Part shown: positions 9,763 to 24,104 of the stretch, piece by piece
Layout: every line of letters begins with the position of its first letter
Numbering within the stretch: the first letter of the stretch is position 1
From: an uncultured Actinomycetota bacterium
Lineage (GTDB): Bacteria; Actinomycetota; Actinomycetes; JAHEKZ01
Assembly (NCBI GenBank): GCA_963718235.1
Contig: CAVQYR010000002.1
Span: 704,001-768,000, forward strand
Reading direction: 5' to 3'
Length of the DNA: 64,000 bases
Made by a program: the position numbers and the translations under genes
The notes under the pieces: generated by a model
Seen by the model: the letters and a program-made list of their open reading frames with translations, nothing else
Told to the model about the DNA's origin: nothing
Databases searched by the model: none

Positions 9763-10560
9763 ATGAAGATCGTCGTGTGTGTGAAGCAGGTCCCGGACTC
9801 CTGGGCCGAGAAGAAGCTCGACCCCTCTGACAACACGCTGGACCGCGAAGCGGCCGACGCCGTGGTCAACGAGCTCGACGAGTACGCCGTCGAGGAGGCG
9901 CTGCAGATCCAGGAGCGCCGAGGCGGCGCCGACGTGTGCACGGTCACCGTGCTGACCATGGGTCCAGACAAGGCCACCGAGTCGATCCGCAAGGCCCTGA
10001 GCATGGGCGCTGACGACGCGGTGCACGTCGTCGACGCGGCGCTGCACGGGTCCGACGCCGTCGCGACGTCGCTGGTCCTGGCCACCGCCGTGCAGCGGTT
10101 GGCACCCGACCTCGTCCTCCTCGGGTCGGAGTCCACGGACGCTCGGATGTCCGTCGTTCCCGCCATGGTCGCCGAACGGTTGGGCTGGCCCCAGCTGACC
10201 TTCGCCGGAAAGGTCGACCTCGACGACGCGGGCACGAGCGCGACCGTGCAAAGGCAGACCGACTACGGCTACGACGTCGTGTCCGCGCCGCTGCCTGCGG
10301 TGGTCAGCGTCGTGGAGAAGATCAACGAGCCGCGCTACCCGTCCTTCAAGGGGATCATGGCGGCGAAGAAGAAGTCGGTCGAGACCTTGACCCTCGCCGA
10401 CCTCGGGGTCGCCCCCGAGGAGGTCGGCCTGGCCGGAGCGTGGAGCGAGGTCGATGCCTTCGCCGCCCGCCCGCCACGGCAGGCCGGAACGATCGTGCCC
10501 GACGACGGGGACGGCGGCCTGAAGCTCGCCGAGTTCCTCGCCACGCAGAAGTTCATCTGA
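9763..10560 (+). CDS. etfB: Electron transfer flavoprotein beta subunit
   Basis: MKIVVCVKQVPD, ALSMGADDA, INEPRYPSFKGIMAAKKK. Confidence 0.96.
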   Translation: MKIVVCVKQVPDSWAEKKLDPSDNTLDREAADAVVNELDEYAVEEALQIQERRGGADVCTVTVLTMGPDKATESIRKALSMGADDAVHVVDAALHGSDAVATSLVLATAVQRLAPDLVLLGSESTDARMSVVPAMVAERLGWPQLTFAGKVDLDDAGTSATVQRQTDYGYDVVSAPLPAVVSVVEKINEPRYPSFKGIMAAKKKSVETLTLADLGVAPEEVGLAGAWSEVDAFAARPPRQAGTIVPDDGDGGLKLAEFLATQKFI

Positions 10561-10571
10561 GGAGCCCTTCG

Positions 10572-11525
10572 ATGTCACAGGTTCTCGTTCTGGTCGACCA
10601 CGCAGATGGCGAGGTCAAGAAGGTCACCCTCGAGCTGCTGACCCTGGCCCGGGCTCTCGGCGAGCCGGTTGCCGTGGTGGTCGGCGCGGGCGCCGCGTCG
10701 GCCGCAGCGACGCTGGCCGAGTACGGCGCCACCGCCATCTACACCGCCGACGGCGACGGCTTCGCCGACACGGCGGTGACGCCTTCGGTGGCGACCCTGG
10801 CCCAGGTGGTCGCCGACCTCGGTCCGGCCGCCGTTCTGATCCCGTCGTCGGTCGACGGCAAGGAGATCGCGGCCCGCCTGGCCGTGCGCACCGGCTCGGG
10901 GGTCATCACCGACGCCGTCTCCGTCTCGCCCAGCCTTCAGGCCGAGCAGTCGGTGTTCGGCGGATCGACCCTGGTGACGTCGCGGGTGACCCACGGCACG
11001 CCGGTCATCACGGTCCGGCCGAACTCCACACCTCCAGCGCCGGCACCGGCCACCCCGCAGACGGTCGACCTCAGCGTGACCTTGAGCGACACCGACCGGG
11101 CCGCCTCGGTCACCGAGCGGGTCGCCCAGGAGCGCACAGGTCGCCCCGAGCTGACCGAGGCCGCGATCGTCGTGTCCGGCGGACGCGGGGTGGGTTCCCC
11201 CGAGGGCTTCGCCGTCGTCGAGGCCCTGGCCGACAGCCTTGGTGCGGCGGTCGGTGCCTCGCGCGCCGCCACGGACGCGGGCTGGTACCCCCACCAGTAC
11301 CAGGTCGGGCAGACCGGCAAGACGGTCTCACCGCAGCTGTACATCGCCAACGGCATCTCCGGCGCCATCCAGCACCGTGCCGGCATGCAGACCTCGAAGA
11401 CCATCGTGGCGGTCAACAAGGACGCCGAGGCGCCGATCTTCGACCTGGTCGACTTCGGTGTGGTCGGCGACCTGCACCAGGTGCTGCCGCAGCTCACCGA
11501 GGCGGTGGCCAAGCACAAGGCGTGA
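10572..11525 (+). CDS. etfA: Electron transfer flavoprotein alpha subunit
   Basis: VVSGGRG, GASRAA, QVGQTGKTVSPQLY, GISGAIQH. Confidence 0.96.
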   Translation: MSQVLVLVDHADGEVKKVTLELLTLARALGEPVAVVVGAGAASAAATLAEYGATAIYTADGDGFADTAVTPSVATLAQVVADLGPAAVLIPSSVDGKEIAARLAVRTGSGVITDAVSVSPSLQAEQSVFGGSTLVTSRVTHGTPVITVRPNSTPPAPAPATPQTVDLSVTLSDTDRAASVTERVAQERTGRPELTEAAIVVSGGRGVGSPEGFAVVEALADSLGAAVGASRAATDAGWYPHQYQVGQTGKTVSPQLYIANGISGAIQHRAGMQTSKTIVAVNKDAEAPIFDLVDFGVVGDLHQVLPQLTEAVAKHKA

Positions 11526-11592
11526 CGGCCCGGGCAGCCGGGTTCGTTAGGGTCGGGGTTCACCGCCGCGACCGACCAGGAGCCTGCCCGCT

Positions 11593-13113
11593 GTGCTCTT
11601 CCCCACCATCGAGTTCGCGGCCTTCTTCGCTGTCGTCCTGCTGTTCAACTGGCTGCTCATGCCGCACCGGACGGCGTGGAAGTGGTTCATCCTCGCGGCG
11701 TCGTACGCGTTCTACGCCTACGCCGACCCCTGGCTCACGGTCGTGCTCGCCGCGGTCACCGTCGCCAACCAGCTGGGTGCCACGATGGTCACCCGCTCGA
11801 CCACGGCCTCGAGGCGGCGCGCCTGGCTGATCGCGACCGTCACCGCCGACCTGGCCCTGCTCGGCTGGTTCAAGTACTTCGACTTCTTCGTGACCCAGGT
11901 CAACGATGCGCTGGGACGCTTCGGCCTCGATGCGCCGCTCCCCGTCCTCGCCATCGTGCTGCCCATCGGGATCTCCTTCTACACCTTCCAGGGGATCTCC
12001 TACGTCGTCGACGTCTCACGAGGTCACTTCGCCTTGGCCAAGCCGTTGGACTTCGCCGTGTTCCAGGCCTTCTTCCCGCACCTGGTGGCCGGTCCGATCG
12101 TGCGGGCCCGCGAGTTCATCCCGCAGCTCGCTCGACCACGCGACCCCCGAGCCGTGCCGCTCACGCCCGCGCTCTTCCTCATCGCCGGGGGGCTGTTCAA
12201 GAAGATCGTCATCGCGGACTACCTCGCGACCTCGATCGTCGACCCGGTCTTCGCGGTGCCCAGCCAGCACACCAGCGTCGAGGTGGTGGTGGCCTTCGTC
12301 GCCTACTCGGTGCAGATCTACGCCGACTTCTCCGCCTACACCGACATCGCGATCGGCCTGGCGCTCCTGCTGGGCTTCCGGTTCCCGCAGAACTTCGACC
12401 GGCCCTACGCCAGTGCCAGCCTGCAGGACTTCTGGCGTCGCTGGCACATGTCCCTCTCGCGCTGGCTGCGCGACTACCTGTACGTGCCGCTCGGCGGCAA
12501 CCGGCGCGGGCCCGTACGCACGTACGTGAACCTGATGCTCACCATGCTGCTCGGTGGCCTGTGGCACGGCGCGAGCTGGACCTTCGTGATCTGGGGTGGC
12601 CTGCACGGCGCAGGACTGGGCGTCGAACGTTGGTGGAACCGCCACCGTCAGACCCGGGCCGCCGCGCACCACGAGGTCGTGGGCGCACCCTCGCTACCAC
12701 CGGGGCTCGGTGTCGCCGAGGCGGCGTTCCGTGAGCGGACCGAGGCCGAGGCCGTCGTCGAGCGCCCGGTCTCCGGCGGGGTCGGGCGCCCGTTGGCCAT
12801 CGCTGCCACGTTCACCTTCGTCACGGTGGCCTGGGTGTTCTTCCGCGCGCCGAACCTCACCGTGGTCACCGAGCTGTTCGCCCAGCTGCTCGACTTCGGC
12901 CCAGCGCCGCTGGTCACCCTCCCGGTCGTGCTGGCCGTGCTGGTGGGGTTGTCGACCCAGGCCGTGCCGCAACGGGTGTGGGCGGCGGTGGAGAGCCGCT
13001 TCTCCGGCCTGCCGTGGTGGGCGCAGGGCCTCGTCTTCGGGGCGTTCGTCGTCCTGATCGACGCACTGGTGCCCCAACAGGGTGTGGCGCCCTTCCTCTA
13101 CTTCCGGTTCTAG
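11593..13113 (+). CDS. MBOAT O-acyltransferase, AlgI/PatA/DltB type
   Basis: LPIGISFYTFQ, DFWRRWHMSLSRWLRDYLY, GLWHGA, C-terminal FLYFRF. Confidence 0.92.
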   Translation: MLFPTIEFAAFFAVVLLFNWLLMPHRTAWKWFILAASYAFYAYADPWLTVVLAAVTVANQLGATMVTRSTTASRRRAWLIATVTADLALLGWFKYFDFFVTQVNDALGRFGLDAPLPVLAIVLPIGISFYTFQGISYVVDVSRGHFALAKPLDFAVFQAFFPHLVAGPIVRAREFIPQLARPRDPRAVPLTPALFLIAGGLFKKIVIADYLATSIVDPVFAVPSQHTSVEVVVAFVAYSVQIYADFSAYTDIAIGLALLLGFRFPQNFDRPYASASLQDFWRRWHMSLSRWLRDYLYVPLGGNRRGPVRTYVNLMLTMLLGGLWHGASWTFVIWGGLHGAGLGVERWWNRHRQTRAAAHHEVVGAPSLPPGLGVAEAAFRERTEAEAVVERPVSGGVGRPLAIAATFTFVTVAWVFFRAPNLTVVTELFAQLLDFGPAPLVTLPVVLAVLVGLSTQAVPQRVWAAVESRFSGLPWWAQGLVFGAFVVLIDALVPQQGVAPFLYFRF

Positions 13114-13154
13114 ACTGTCCGTCTCACCTCCACCAGTCTGCGAACGGATTCCGC

Positions 13155-14264
13155 GTGCCCACGACCACCGAGCCGCCGTCGCAGCGATGGATCGACGAGG
13201 TCGAGCACCCGGCAGCCGGACGAGGTCGCGGTCGACGGGTCCCCGCCGGTCAGGTCATCGGAGCCGTCGTCGTGGCCCTGCTCGCCGCTGCCCTGCTGAA
13301 CTCCGCCGCGATGGTGCGAGCGGGTGAGGGCATGGACGACGGAGTCACCCGCACGTTGGTCCTCGCCGTCGCCCGACCGATCGACGCCCTGGCTTCGACA
13401 GTGGGGCTCGACCTGCCCCGACGCGGGCTCGACGCGGTCTTCGGGCACAGTGCCTGGGTGGCGGAGGGCACCGCCCTGACCGACGGCGGCGACGACGTCC
13501 TCGACCTCCCGGTGGCACCGAGCGCCACGGCGTCCCCGACGCCCGATGGTCCCGGTCCGACCAAGGAGCCCAGCGAGCCGGAGCTGCTGTACCCGCAGGA
13601 CGTGGGCGGGATCACGAAGGTGACCCGACCCACCGCCAAGGACCCGCTCAAGGTCCTCGTCACCGGTGACTCGCTTGCCTCGTACATCGGCGTGGCGATG
13701 GCCAACGACGTGGGTACCCGCGGGAGCGTCGTCGTCAAGACGTACAACGGCACCGGCCTCACCCGTCCAGACTTCTTCAACTGGCAGGTCGCGGCGGAGA
13801 AGCTGAGCAGGGAGCGCAGCCCCGACGTCGTGGCCATGATGATGGGTGGCAACGACGGCTGGAACATGACCCACGACGGCGAGTCGATGAGCTGGGGTAC
13901 CCCGGAGTGGATCCAGGAGTACGCCCGCCGGGTCGCCGTCGTCAGTCGGACGTTCTTGGCCGAGGGTGCCGACCGGGTGTACTGGGCCGGTCCGCCGACG
14001 GCGCGCGACGGCAAGTGGAACGGCATCTTCCGCGACATCAACGCAGCGGTGACCCGGGCGGTCCGAGCGACGCCAGGGGCACGGTTCGTCGACGTGTTCG
14101 AGGGCACGTCGGACGACGGCCGGTACACCTCGACGCTGGTGGTCGACGGGAAGAAGGTCAACGCCCGGCAGTCCGACGGCATCCACTTCAGTCTCGAGGG
14201 GTCCCCCGCTCCTGCGGGGATGTTCTTCGACCTGCTGGAGCGTGAGTACGGGGCGCTGCGCTGA
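13155..14264 (+). CDS. Membrane-anchored SGNH hydrolase/O-acetyltransferase (DUF459/PatB-like)
   Basis: N-terminal TM, GDSL block I, GGND, DGIHF catalytic DxxH. Confidence 0.82.
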   Translation: MPTTTEPPSQRWIDEVEHPAAGRGRGRRVPAGQVIGAVVVALLAAALLNSAAMVRAGEGMDDGVTRTLVLAVARPIDALASTVGLDLPRRGLDAVFGHSAWVAEGTALTDGGDDVLDLPVAPSATASPTPDGPGPTKEPSEPELLYPQDVGGITKVTRPTAKDPLKVLVTGDSLASYIGVAMANDVGTRGSVVVKTYNGTGLTRPDFFNWQVAAEKLSRERSPDVVAMMMGGNDGWNMTHDGESMSWGTPEWIQEYARRVAVVSRTFLAEGADRVYWAGPPTARDGKWNGIFRDINAAVTRAVRATPGARFVDVFEGTSDDGRYTSTLVVDGKKVNARQSDGIHFSLEGSPAPAGMFFDLLEREYGALR

Positions 14265-14303
14265 CCCGCCCGTTCGCGGCGCCTGCAACCTAGACTGACC
14301 GAG

Positions 14304-15493
14304 ATGACCTACCTGGACCACGCGGCGACGACGCCTATGGTGCCGGCTGCGATACAGGTGATGACGACGCAGCTGGCGCTGGTCGGCAACCCGTCGTCGC
14401 TTCACTCGGCCGGACGTCGCGCCCGCCGCGTCGTCGAGGAGTCCCGTGAAGCCCTGGCCGAGGCGCTGGGCGCGCGCCCGAGCGAGGTCGTGTTCACCTC
14501 GGGTGGCACCGAGAGCAACAACCTGGCCCTGAAGGGTCTGTACTGGGCCCGGCGCGACGCCGACCCGCGACGCCGACGGGTGATCACCACCGCGGTCGAG
14601 CACCATGCCGTGCTCGACCCGTTGCGGTGGCTCGCCGACCACGAGGGAGCCGTGCTCGACGTCCTTCCCGTCGACGGTGACGGGCGGGTCGACCCGGACC
14701 GGCTGCGGGTGGCCCTCGACCAGGACCCGGAGGGCGTGGCCCTGGTCAGCGTCATGTGGGCGAACAGCGAGGTCGGCACGATCCAGCCGATCGCTGAGTG
14801 TGCGCGACTCACCCGGGAGCTCGGCGTGCCCTTCCACAGCGATGCCGTGCAGGCCGCCGGGACCCTCGACGTCGACTTCGCCGGGTCCGGGGTCGACGCG
14901 ATGACCCTCACCGGGCACAAGCTCGGCGGACCCCACGGCGTCGGCGCCCTGCTGCTGGCCCGGTCCGCCGACCTGGTCCCGCTCGCCCACGGCGGCGGTC
15001 AGGAGCGTGACGTCCGCTCGGGCACCCTGGACGCCCCGGCGATCGCCGCCTTCGCCGCGGCCTGCGCTGCGGCCGTGACCGACCGGGTCGAGCGCGGCAA
15101 CCGGGTGGCGGCCCTGCGGGACCGCCTCGCCGAGGTCGTGACCGACGCCGTCCCCGACGCGCTCCTGAACGGGCCGCGGCTCACCGACCGGGCCGCACGG
15201 CTCCCGGGCATCGCCCACTTCTCCTTCCCGGGGTGCGAGGGGGACTCCCTGCTGATGCTGCTCGACGCACAGGGGATCTCGTGCTCGACCGGTTCGGCCT
15301 GCTCGGCCGGGGTGGCCCAGCCCAGCCACGTCCTGGTGGCGATGGGTGCGGACCCGACGTCGGCCCGGTCGTCCCTGCGGTTCAGCCTGGGGCACGACTC
15401 CACGGCGGTCGACGTGGCCGCCCTGGGTGAGGCGATCGGACCGGTCGTGGCCCGGGCGAGGTCCAGCTCGGCCCGCCCCGTCGGGGCGTCGTC

Positions 15494-15497
<4 letters not shown>
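14304..15497 (+). CDS. iscS: Cysteine desulfurase (IscS/NifS class V)
   Basis: [31 protein letters not shown]; leaderless (TAGACT 14291). Confidence 0.93.
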
Positions 15498-18816
<3,319 letters not shown>

Positions 18817-18922
18817 ACCGGCGGTCCCTGTCTCACGCGGGCCCGGCCCGCAGCCGACTACATGAAGTGACCGCCTGCTGACCATGTGTGCGGCCTGCTC
18901 GGGGGCGAGGGGGAGCAAGCGC

Positions 18923-20965
18923 ATGATGGCCCGACCGTCGTTGGTACGACTGTCGCGCTTCGCCGTGTTCTGGTGGTTCTCCGTCGCGGGCGGCTGGGCG
19001 CTGCTCGGCGTCGCCGTGTGGCACACCCTGCCGTCACTGGGTGGCACCGGCGTCACCCTGTGGGTGCTGGCCGGTTTCGTCGTCCTCGGCGAGCTCCTTC
19101 CGGTGATCACCGCGGGGACCTACGACTCCCAAGGGGTCGCGACGTCCCAGGCCTTCGTCTTCGCGGTGCTGTACATGTACGGGCCGTGGCCGGCCATCGT
19201 CTTGATGGGCGTCGGCACCTTGCTCGCCGAGCTCGTCAAGCGCAAGCAGCCGTGGCGCCTGCTGTTCAACGTCGGGCAGTACACGTTGAGCCTCGGAGCC
19301 GCCGCGCTGGTGATGGTGGCCTTTGGCCACCAGGCGTCGCTGGACGCGCCCGCGGCGAGCCTCAGCGCCAGCGACCTGGTCTGGGTCGTGCTTGGTTGGT
19401 TCGCGTTCTTCTTCACCAACGACGCACTGGTCGCCGGCACGTCGGAGGACATCGGCCGCACCTGGGCCCAGGACTTCTTCGACGAGTTCTGGTACTACTT
19501 CGTCACCACGTTCGCCGTCCTGGCGCTGTCCCCGCTGGTCGTGTTCGTCTCCGCCGTGCCCGCGTACCTGCCGCTGCTGCTGCTGCCGCTGTTCGCCGTC
19601 CGCAAGACCGCTTCGATCTCCCGGGAGAAGGAGCACCAGGCCCTCCACGACGCCTTGACGGGGCTGCCCAACCGCAAGCTGCTGATGCAGCGCATGGAGG
19701 ACGCGATCTCCACTGCGCCGGGTGACGGGCGCAGCGTCGGCCTGTGCCTCCTCGACCTGGACCGGTTCAAGGAGGTCAACGACACCCTGGGCCACCACGT
19801 GGGTGACCGGCTGCTCGAGCTGGCGGCGCAGCGGATCCGTGGTGCCCTGCGCCCCGCCGACGTCGTGGCCCGGCTCGGTGGCGACGAGTTCGCCGTCCTG
19901 CTCGACCCCGTCCGCGACGAGGCGGCCGCCGTCGAGGTTGCGCAGCGGATCCGGTCCTCGCTGACCGAGCCATTCCACCTGGAAGGACTGCAGCTCGAGC
20001 TCGAGGCCAGCGTCGGAGTGGCCGTGTTCCCGGACCACGGAGCAGACGCTGAGCACCTCATGCGGCGTGCCGATGTGGCCATGTACCTCGCCAAGGAGGA
20101 GCGCACCGGCGTCGAGGTCTACGTCGCCGACCGCGACCGCAACTCGGCGAGCCGACTGGCCCTGCTGGGCGGGCTGCGTACGGCGATGGAGGGCGGGGAG
20201 CTCGAGCTCCACTACCAGCCGAAGGTGGCGATGGGTGCCGGGGCCGTCGTCGGGGTCGAGGCGCTCGTGCGATGGCGTCACCCGACCCGCGGACTGGTCA
20301 TGCCCGACGAGTTCATCCCGCTCGCCGAGCACTCGGGTCTGATGGGGCCGCTGACGGCGTTCGTCATCGACACCGCACTCAGCCAGGCGGCCACCTGGCG
20401 ACAGTTCGGCCTGGAGATCCAGATCGCCGTCAACGTCTCGATGCGGGACCTGCACGACCCGCAGCTGCCGAGCACCGTGGCGGCACTGCTCGAGCGGTAC
20501 GACCTGCCGGCCTCGTCGTTGCAGCTCGAGCTCACCGAACGGGTGCTGACCCGTGACGCCGACGGCGTCGCGGAGACGCTGCGGGCGATGCGCCGGCTCG
20601 GGGTGGAGATCTCGCTGGACGACTTCGGGACGGGTTACTCCTCGATGGTCCTGCTCAAGCGCCTGCCGGTGAACGAGATCAAGATCGACCGCTCCTTCGT
20701 CTCCCGGCTCGGCGTCGATCCGGAGGACGCGACGATCGTGCGCTCGATCATCGACCTGGCCCACGGCATGGGCATGCGCGCCGTCGCCGAAGGGGTCGAG
20801 ACCCAGCCGGTCTGGGACCTCCTCGACGGGCTGGGCTGCGACGCCGTGCAGGGCTGGTACGTGAGCCGGGCGCTGGACGTCGAGGCAGCGACCACGTGGC
20901 TGCTGCGGCACCCGTCGCACCGTCGGCGGCTGAGGGTGCTGAGCAGGGAGTCGAACGCGGGATGA
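18923..20965 (+). CDS. Membrane GGDEF-EAL c-di-GMP enzyme (RmdB-like by synteny)
   Basis: Multi-TM N-terminus, RLGGDEF, VEALVRW, DDFGTGYSS, AEGVE; position between ligA and gatC as for Streptomyces rmdB. Confidence 0.9.
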   Translation: MMARPSLVRLSRFAVFWWFSVAGGWALLGVAVWHTLPSLGGTGVTLWVLAGFVVLGELLPVITAGTYDSQGVATSQAFVFAVLYMYGPWPAIVLMGVGTLLAELVKRKQPWRLLFNVGQYTLSLGAAALVMVAFGHQASLDAPAASLSASDLVWVVLGWFAFFFTNDALVAGTSEDIGRTWAQDFFDEFWYYFVTTFAVLALSPLVVFVSAVPAYLPLLLLPLFAVRKTASISREKEHQALHDALTGLPNRKLLMQRMEDAISTAPGDGRSVGLCLLDLDRFKEVNDTLGHHVGDRLLELAAQRIRGALRPADVVARLGGDEFAVLLDPVRDEAAAVEVAQRIRSSLTEPFHLEGLQLELEASVGVAVFPDHGADAEHLMRRADVAMYLAKEERTGVEVYVADRDRNSASRLALLGGLRTAMEGGELELHYQPKVAMGAGAVVGVEALVRWRHPTRGLVMPDEFIPLAEHSGLMGPLTAFVIDTALSQAATWRQFGLEIQIAVNVSMRDLHDPQLPSTVAALLERYDLPASSLQLELTERVLTRDADGVAETLRAMRRLGVEISLDDFGTGYSSMVLLKRLPVNEIKIDRSFVSRLGVDPEDATIVRSIIDLAHGMGMRAVAEGVETQPVWDLLDGLGCDAVQGWYVSRALDVEAATTWLLRHPSHRRRLRVLSRESNAG

Positions 20966-21004
20966 CCGGAAGGGGGGGCGTGGTGACCGGGGCACCGACC
21001 ACGG

Positions 21005-22258
21005 GTGGCGGACGTGACTGAGCTCGAGCCGTTCGGCTCCCTGATGCGACGGGTGAACCGGTTCAGCGTGACCTTCGTCGCCACGCTGGTCACCGCGGGC
21101 GTGCTGCTCGGCTGGTCGCTGTCATGGTCGGGGTGGACGGCGGCATCGACGGGGCTGTTGGTGGTCGCCGGCGGTGCGACGCTGTTCGAGATCCGCCCGC
21201 TGACGGTCCTTCGCTACCCGGATCCGATCACCATCCATCTGGGTCAGTCGTTCGCACTCGCCGCGCTGTACGTGTGGGGAGTGCAGCCCGCCATGCTCGT
21301 CTCCGGGGCCAGCTGGCTCGTCGGTCAGGCGGTGGCGCGCAAGCAGTGGTGGAGGACGACCTTCAACGCGGCACAGTTCGTCGTGGCCATGGGCGCTGCG
21401 GGGGCCGTGATGTCACTGCTGGGTGGCGAACCGGTGGGACAAGGCGGAGTCCTCGTCTGGTCCGACCTGGGGTGGGTCGCAGCCACCTGGCTCGTCCACT
21501 TCGTCGTCAACGACGTCCTCGTCTCACTGCTCGCGGAGAGCGACGGCGCGACGTTCTGGGAGGACCTCACCTACGGCCTGCGCTGGTACCTGTTCTCCGA
21601 CCTGCTGGCCGACACCCTCGCCATCGTCGTGGTGGTGCTCGTGGCGGCCGGCGTCTGGTACCCGTTGGCCCTCGTGGTGCCGATGGTCATGTTCGCGATG
21701 ACGTACAGCCTGACCCGAAACGCCGAGCACGAGTCGTTGCACGACGAGCTCACGGGTGTGGCCAACCGGCGTCAGCTGCTCAAGCGTCTCGAGGAGCAGA
21801 CAGGGCGTAGCTCGTCCTACGCCGTGGTGCTCGTCGACCTGGACGGGTTCAAGGCGGTGAACGACCGGCGTGGACACCTGGCCGGCGACGTCGTGCTGCG
21901 GAGCACTGCCAACCAGCTGAGCGCGGTCGTGCGCGACACCGACCTGGTCGCTCGGATCGGCGGCGACGAGTTCGCTCTCGTCCTCGGCGAGCGGCCGAAC
22001 GCGGCGGAGTCGATGGAGGTGGCTCGGCGGGTGTTCACCGAGGTGACCCGTCCCGTCCCGTTCGGGGCGGCCGTGGTCGAGGTCGGCGTCAGCGTCGGCG
22101 TGGTCACGGTCGGCAGGGCTGAGCAGCTGGCCGTGGACGAGGTGCTGCACCGCGTGGATGTCGCGATGTACGCGGCCAAGTCGGGAGGCGGGGGCGTCGT
22201 CGCGTGGTCGTCCGACCTCGAGGACGCCGATCGGGAACGGGCTTCGTCCGCCCCCTGA
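21005..22258 (+). CDS. Membrane diguanylate cyclase (GGDEF only)
   Basis: TM domain similar to upstream gene, [23 protein letters not shown]. Confidence 0.88.
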   Translation: MADVTELEPFGSLMRRVNRFSVTFVATLVTAGVLLGWSLSWSGWTAASTGLLVVAGGATLFEIRPLTVLRYPDPITIHLGQSFALAALYVWGVQPAMLVSGASWLVGQAVARKQWWRTTFNAAQFVVAMGAAGAVMSLLGGEPVGQGGVLVWSDLGWVAATWLVHFVVNDVLVSLLAESDGATFWEDLTYGLRWYLFSDLLADTLAIVVVVLVAAGVWYPLALVVPMVMFAMTYSLTRNAEHESLHDELTGVANRRQLLKRLEEQTGRSSSYAVVLVDLDGFKAVNDRRGHLAGDVVLRSTANQLSAVVRDTDLVARIGGDEFALVLGERPNAAESMEVARRVFTEVTRPVPFGAAVVEVGVSVGVVTVGRAEQLAVDEVLHRVDVAMYAAKSGGGGVVAWSSDLEDADRERASSAP

Positions 22259-22300
22259 CGGGACTCCTAGGATGGGTGGCCCCGACTCCGAGAGGCACTC

Positions 22301-22599
22301 ATGTCCTCGCTCACCCGCGACGAGGTGGCGCATCTGGCGCGGCTGTCCAGGCTCGCCCTGACCGACGCCGAGCTGGACCATCTGGGGGGCAGCTCGACGT
22401 CATCCTGGGTGCGGTTGCCCGGGTGGCGGAGGTCGCCGCTGACGACGTGCCGCCGACCACGCACGCGGTTCCAGTCGTCAACGTCTTCCGCGCCGACGAC
22501 GTCCGCCCGGGGCTGACCCAGGAGCAGGCGCTCGCGGGTGCGCCCGCTGCCGAGGACGGTCGCTTCCGCGTTCCGCAGATCCTGCAGGACGACGAGTGA
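22301..22599 (+). CDS. gatC: Asp/Glu-tRNA amidotransferase subunit C; frameshift at G6 run 22384-22389
   Basis: [18 protein letters not shown] in one frame, QLDVIL..NVFRAD..FRVPQIL in another. Confidence 0.9.
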
Positions 22600-24104
22600 C
22601 GGCCGACGACCCCATCCGTTGGACCGCTGAGCAGACCGCCGCGGCGATCGCCGACGGTCAGGTGTCCGCGCTCGAGGTGACGCAGGCCGCGCTGGACCGG
22701 ATCGCCGCAGTAGACGAGATCGTGCACGCGTTCCTGCACGTCGATGCCGAAGGAGCCCGGCAGGCCGCCCGGAACGTCGACGCACAGCGCGCGTCGGGTG
22801 CCGCGCTCGGGCCGCTCGCGGGTGTGCCGCTGGCGCTGAAGGACGTGCTCGCCACCCGCGACGTCCCGACGACGTGTGGCTCGAAGATCCTGCAGGGGTG
22901 GCTGCCGCCTTACGACGCCACGGTGACCGGTCGGCTGAGGCAGGCCGGCGTGGTCATCCTCGGCAAGACCAACATGGACGAGTTCGCGATGGGCTCGTCC
23001 ACCGAGAACTCCGCCTACGGACCCACGCGCAACCCCTGGGACGTCGGACGCATCCCGGGTGGGTCGTCCGGCGGGTCGAGCGCGGCTGTGGCCAGCCACC
23101 AGGCGCCGTTGGCGATCGGGACCGACACCGGCGGCTCGATCCGTCAGCCCGCCTCGGTCACGGGGATCGTGGGCGTGAAGCCCACGTACGGGGCCGTGTC
23201 CCGCTACGGGCTCATCGCGTTCTCGTCGTCGCTCGACCAGGCCGGACCGTTCGCCCGCACGGTGTTGGACGCCGCGCTCCTGCACGAGGCGATGGCTGGG
23301 CACGACCCGCTCGACTCCACGTCGATCGATGCCCCCGTGCCCCCAGTGGTCGCCGCTGCACGTGGTGAGCTCGGCGGCCTGGCGGGGCTGCGGGTGGGTG
23401 TGGTCCGCGAGCTGCAGGGCGACGGTTACCAGCCGGGCGTCCAGGCGCGGTTCGACGACGTGGTCGCACTGCTCGGGCAGGCAGGTGCCGACGTCGTCGA
23501 GGTGTCGTGCCCGTCCTTCGACTACGCGCTGCCTGCCTACTACCTGATCGCGCCGAGCGAGTGCTCCAGCAACCTGGCCCGGTTCGACGGAATGCGGTAC
23601 GGGCTGCGGGTCGACGACGGGTCGTCGGTGGAGGAGGTCATGTCGGCAACCCGTGCGGCCGGGTTCGGTGACGAGGTCAAGCGACGGATCATGCTCGGCA
23701 CGTACGCGCTCTCCGCCGGCTACTACGACGCCTACTACGGCCAGGCGCAGAAGGTGCGCACCCTGATCCGTCGCGACTTCGAGGCGGCCTACGCCGACGT
23801 CGACGTGCTGGTGTCTCCGACGACGCCGACGGTGGCGTTCCGCCTCGGCGAGCGGGTCGACGACCCGGTGGCCATGTACAAGGCCGACCTCGCCACCTTG
23901 CCGTCCAGCCTGTACGGCGGACCGGCCATGAGCCTGCCGATCGGGCTCGGCGACGACGACCTCCCGGTGGGCCTGCAGGTGATGGCCCCCGTTCAGGCGG
24001 ACGAGCGGGTCTACCGGGTCGGCCAGGAGCTGGAGACCCTGCTGCTGCGGCGCTGGGGCGGACCCCTGTTGGACCAGGCGCCGCAGCTGGAGGCGACCCG
24101 ATGA
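22596..24104 (+). CDS. gatA: Asp/Glu-tRNA amidotransferase subunit A
   Basis: [44 protein letters not shown]. Confidence 0.97.
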   Translation: MTADDPIRWTAEQTAAAIADGQVSALEVTQAALDRIAAVDEIVHAFLHVDAEGARQAARNVDAQRASGAALGPLAGVPLALKDVLATRDVPTTCGSKILQGWLPPYDATVTGRLRQAGVVILGKTNMDEFAMGSSTENSAYGPTRNPWDVGRIPGGSSGGSSAAVASHQAPLAIGTDTGGSIRQPASVTGIVGVKPTYGAVSRYGLIAFSSSLDQAGPFARTVLDAALLHEAMAGHDPLDSTSIDAPVPPVVAAARGELGGLAGLRVGVVRELQGDGYQPGVQARFDDVVALLGQAGADVVEVSCPSFDYALPAYYLIAPSECSSNLARFDGMRYGLRVDDGSSVEEVMSATRAAGFGDEVKRRIMLGTYALSAGYYDAYYGQAQKVRTLIRRDFEAAYADVDVLVSPTTPTVAFRLGERVDDPVAMYKADLATLPSSLYGGPAMSLPIGLGDDDLPVGLQVMAPVQADERVYRVGQELETLLLRRWGGPLLDQAPQLEATR

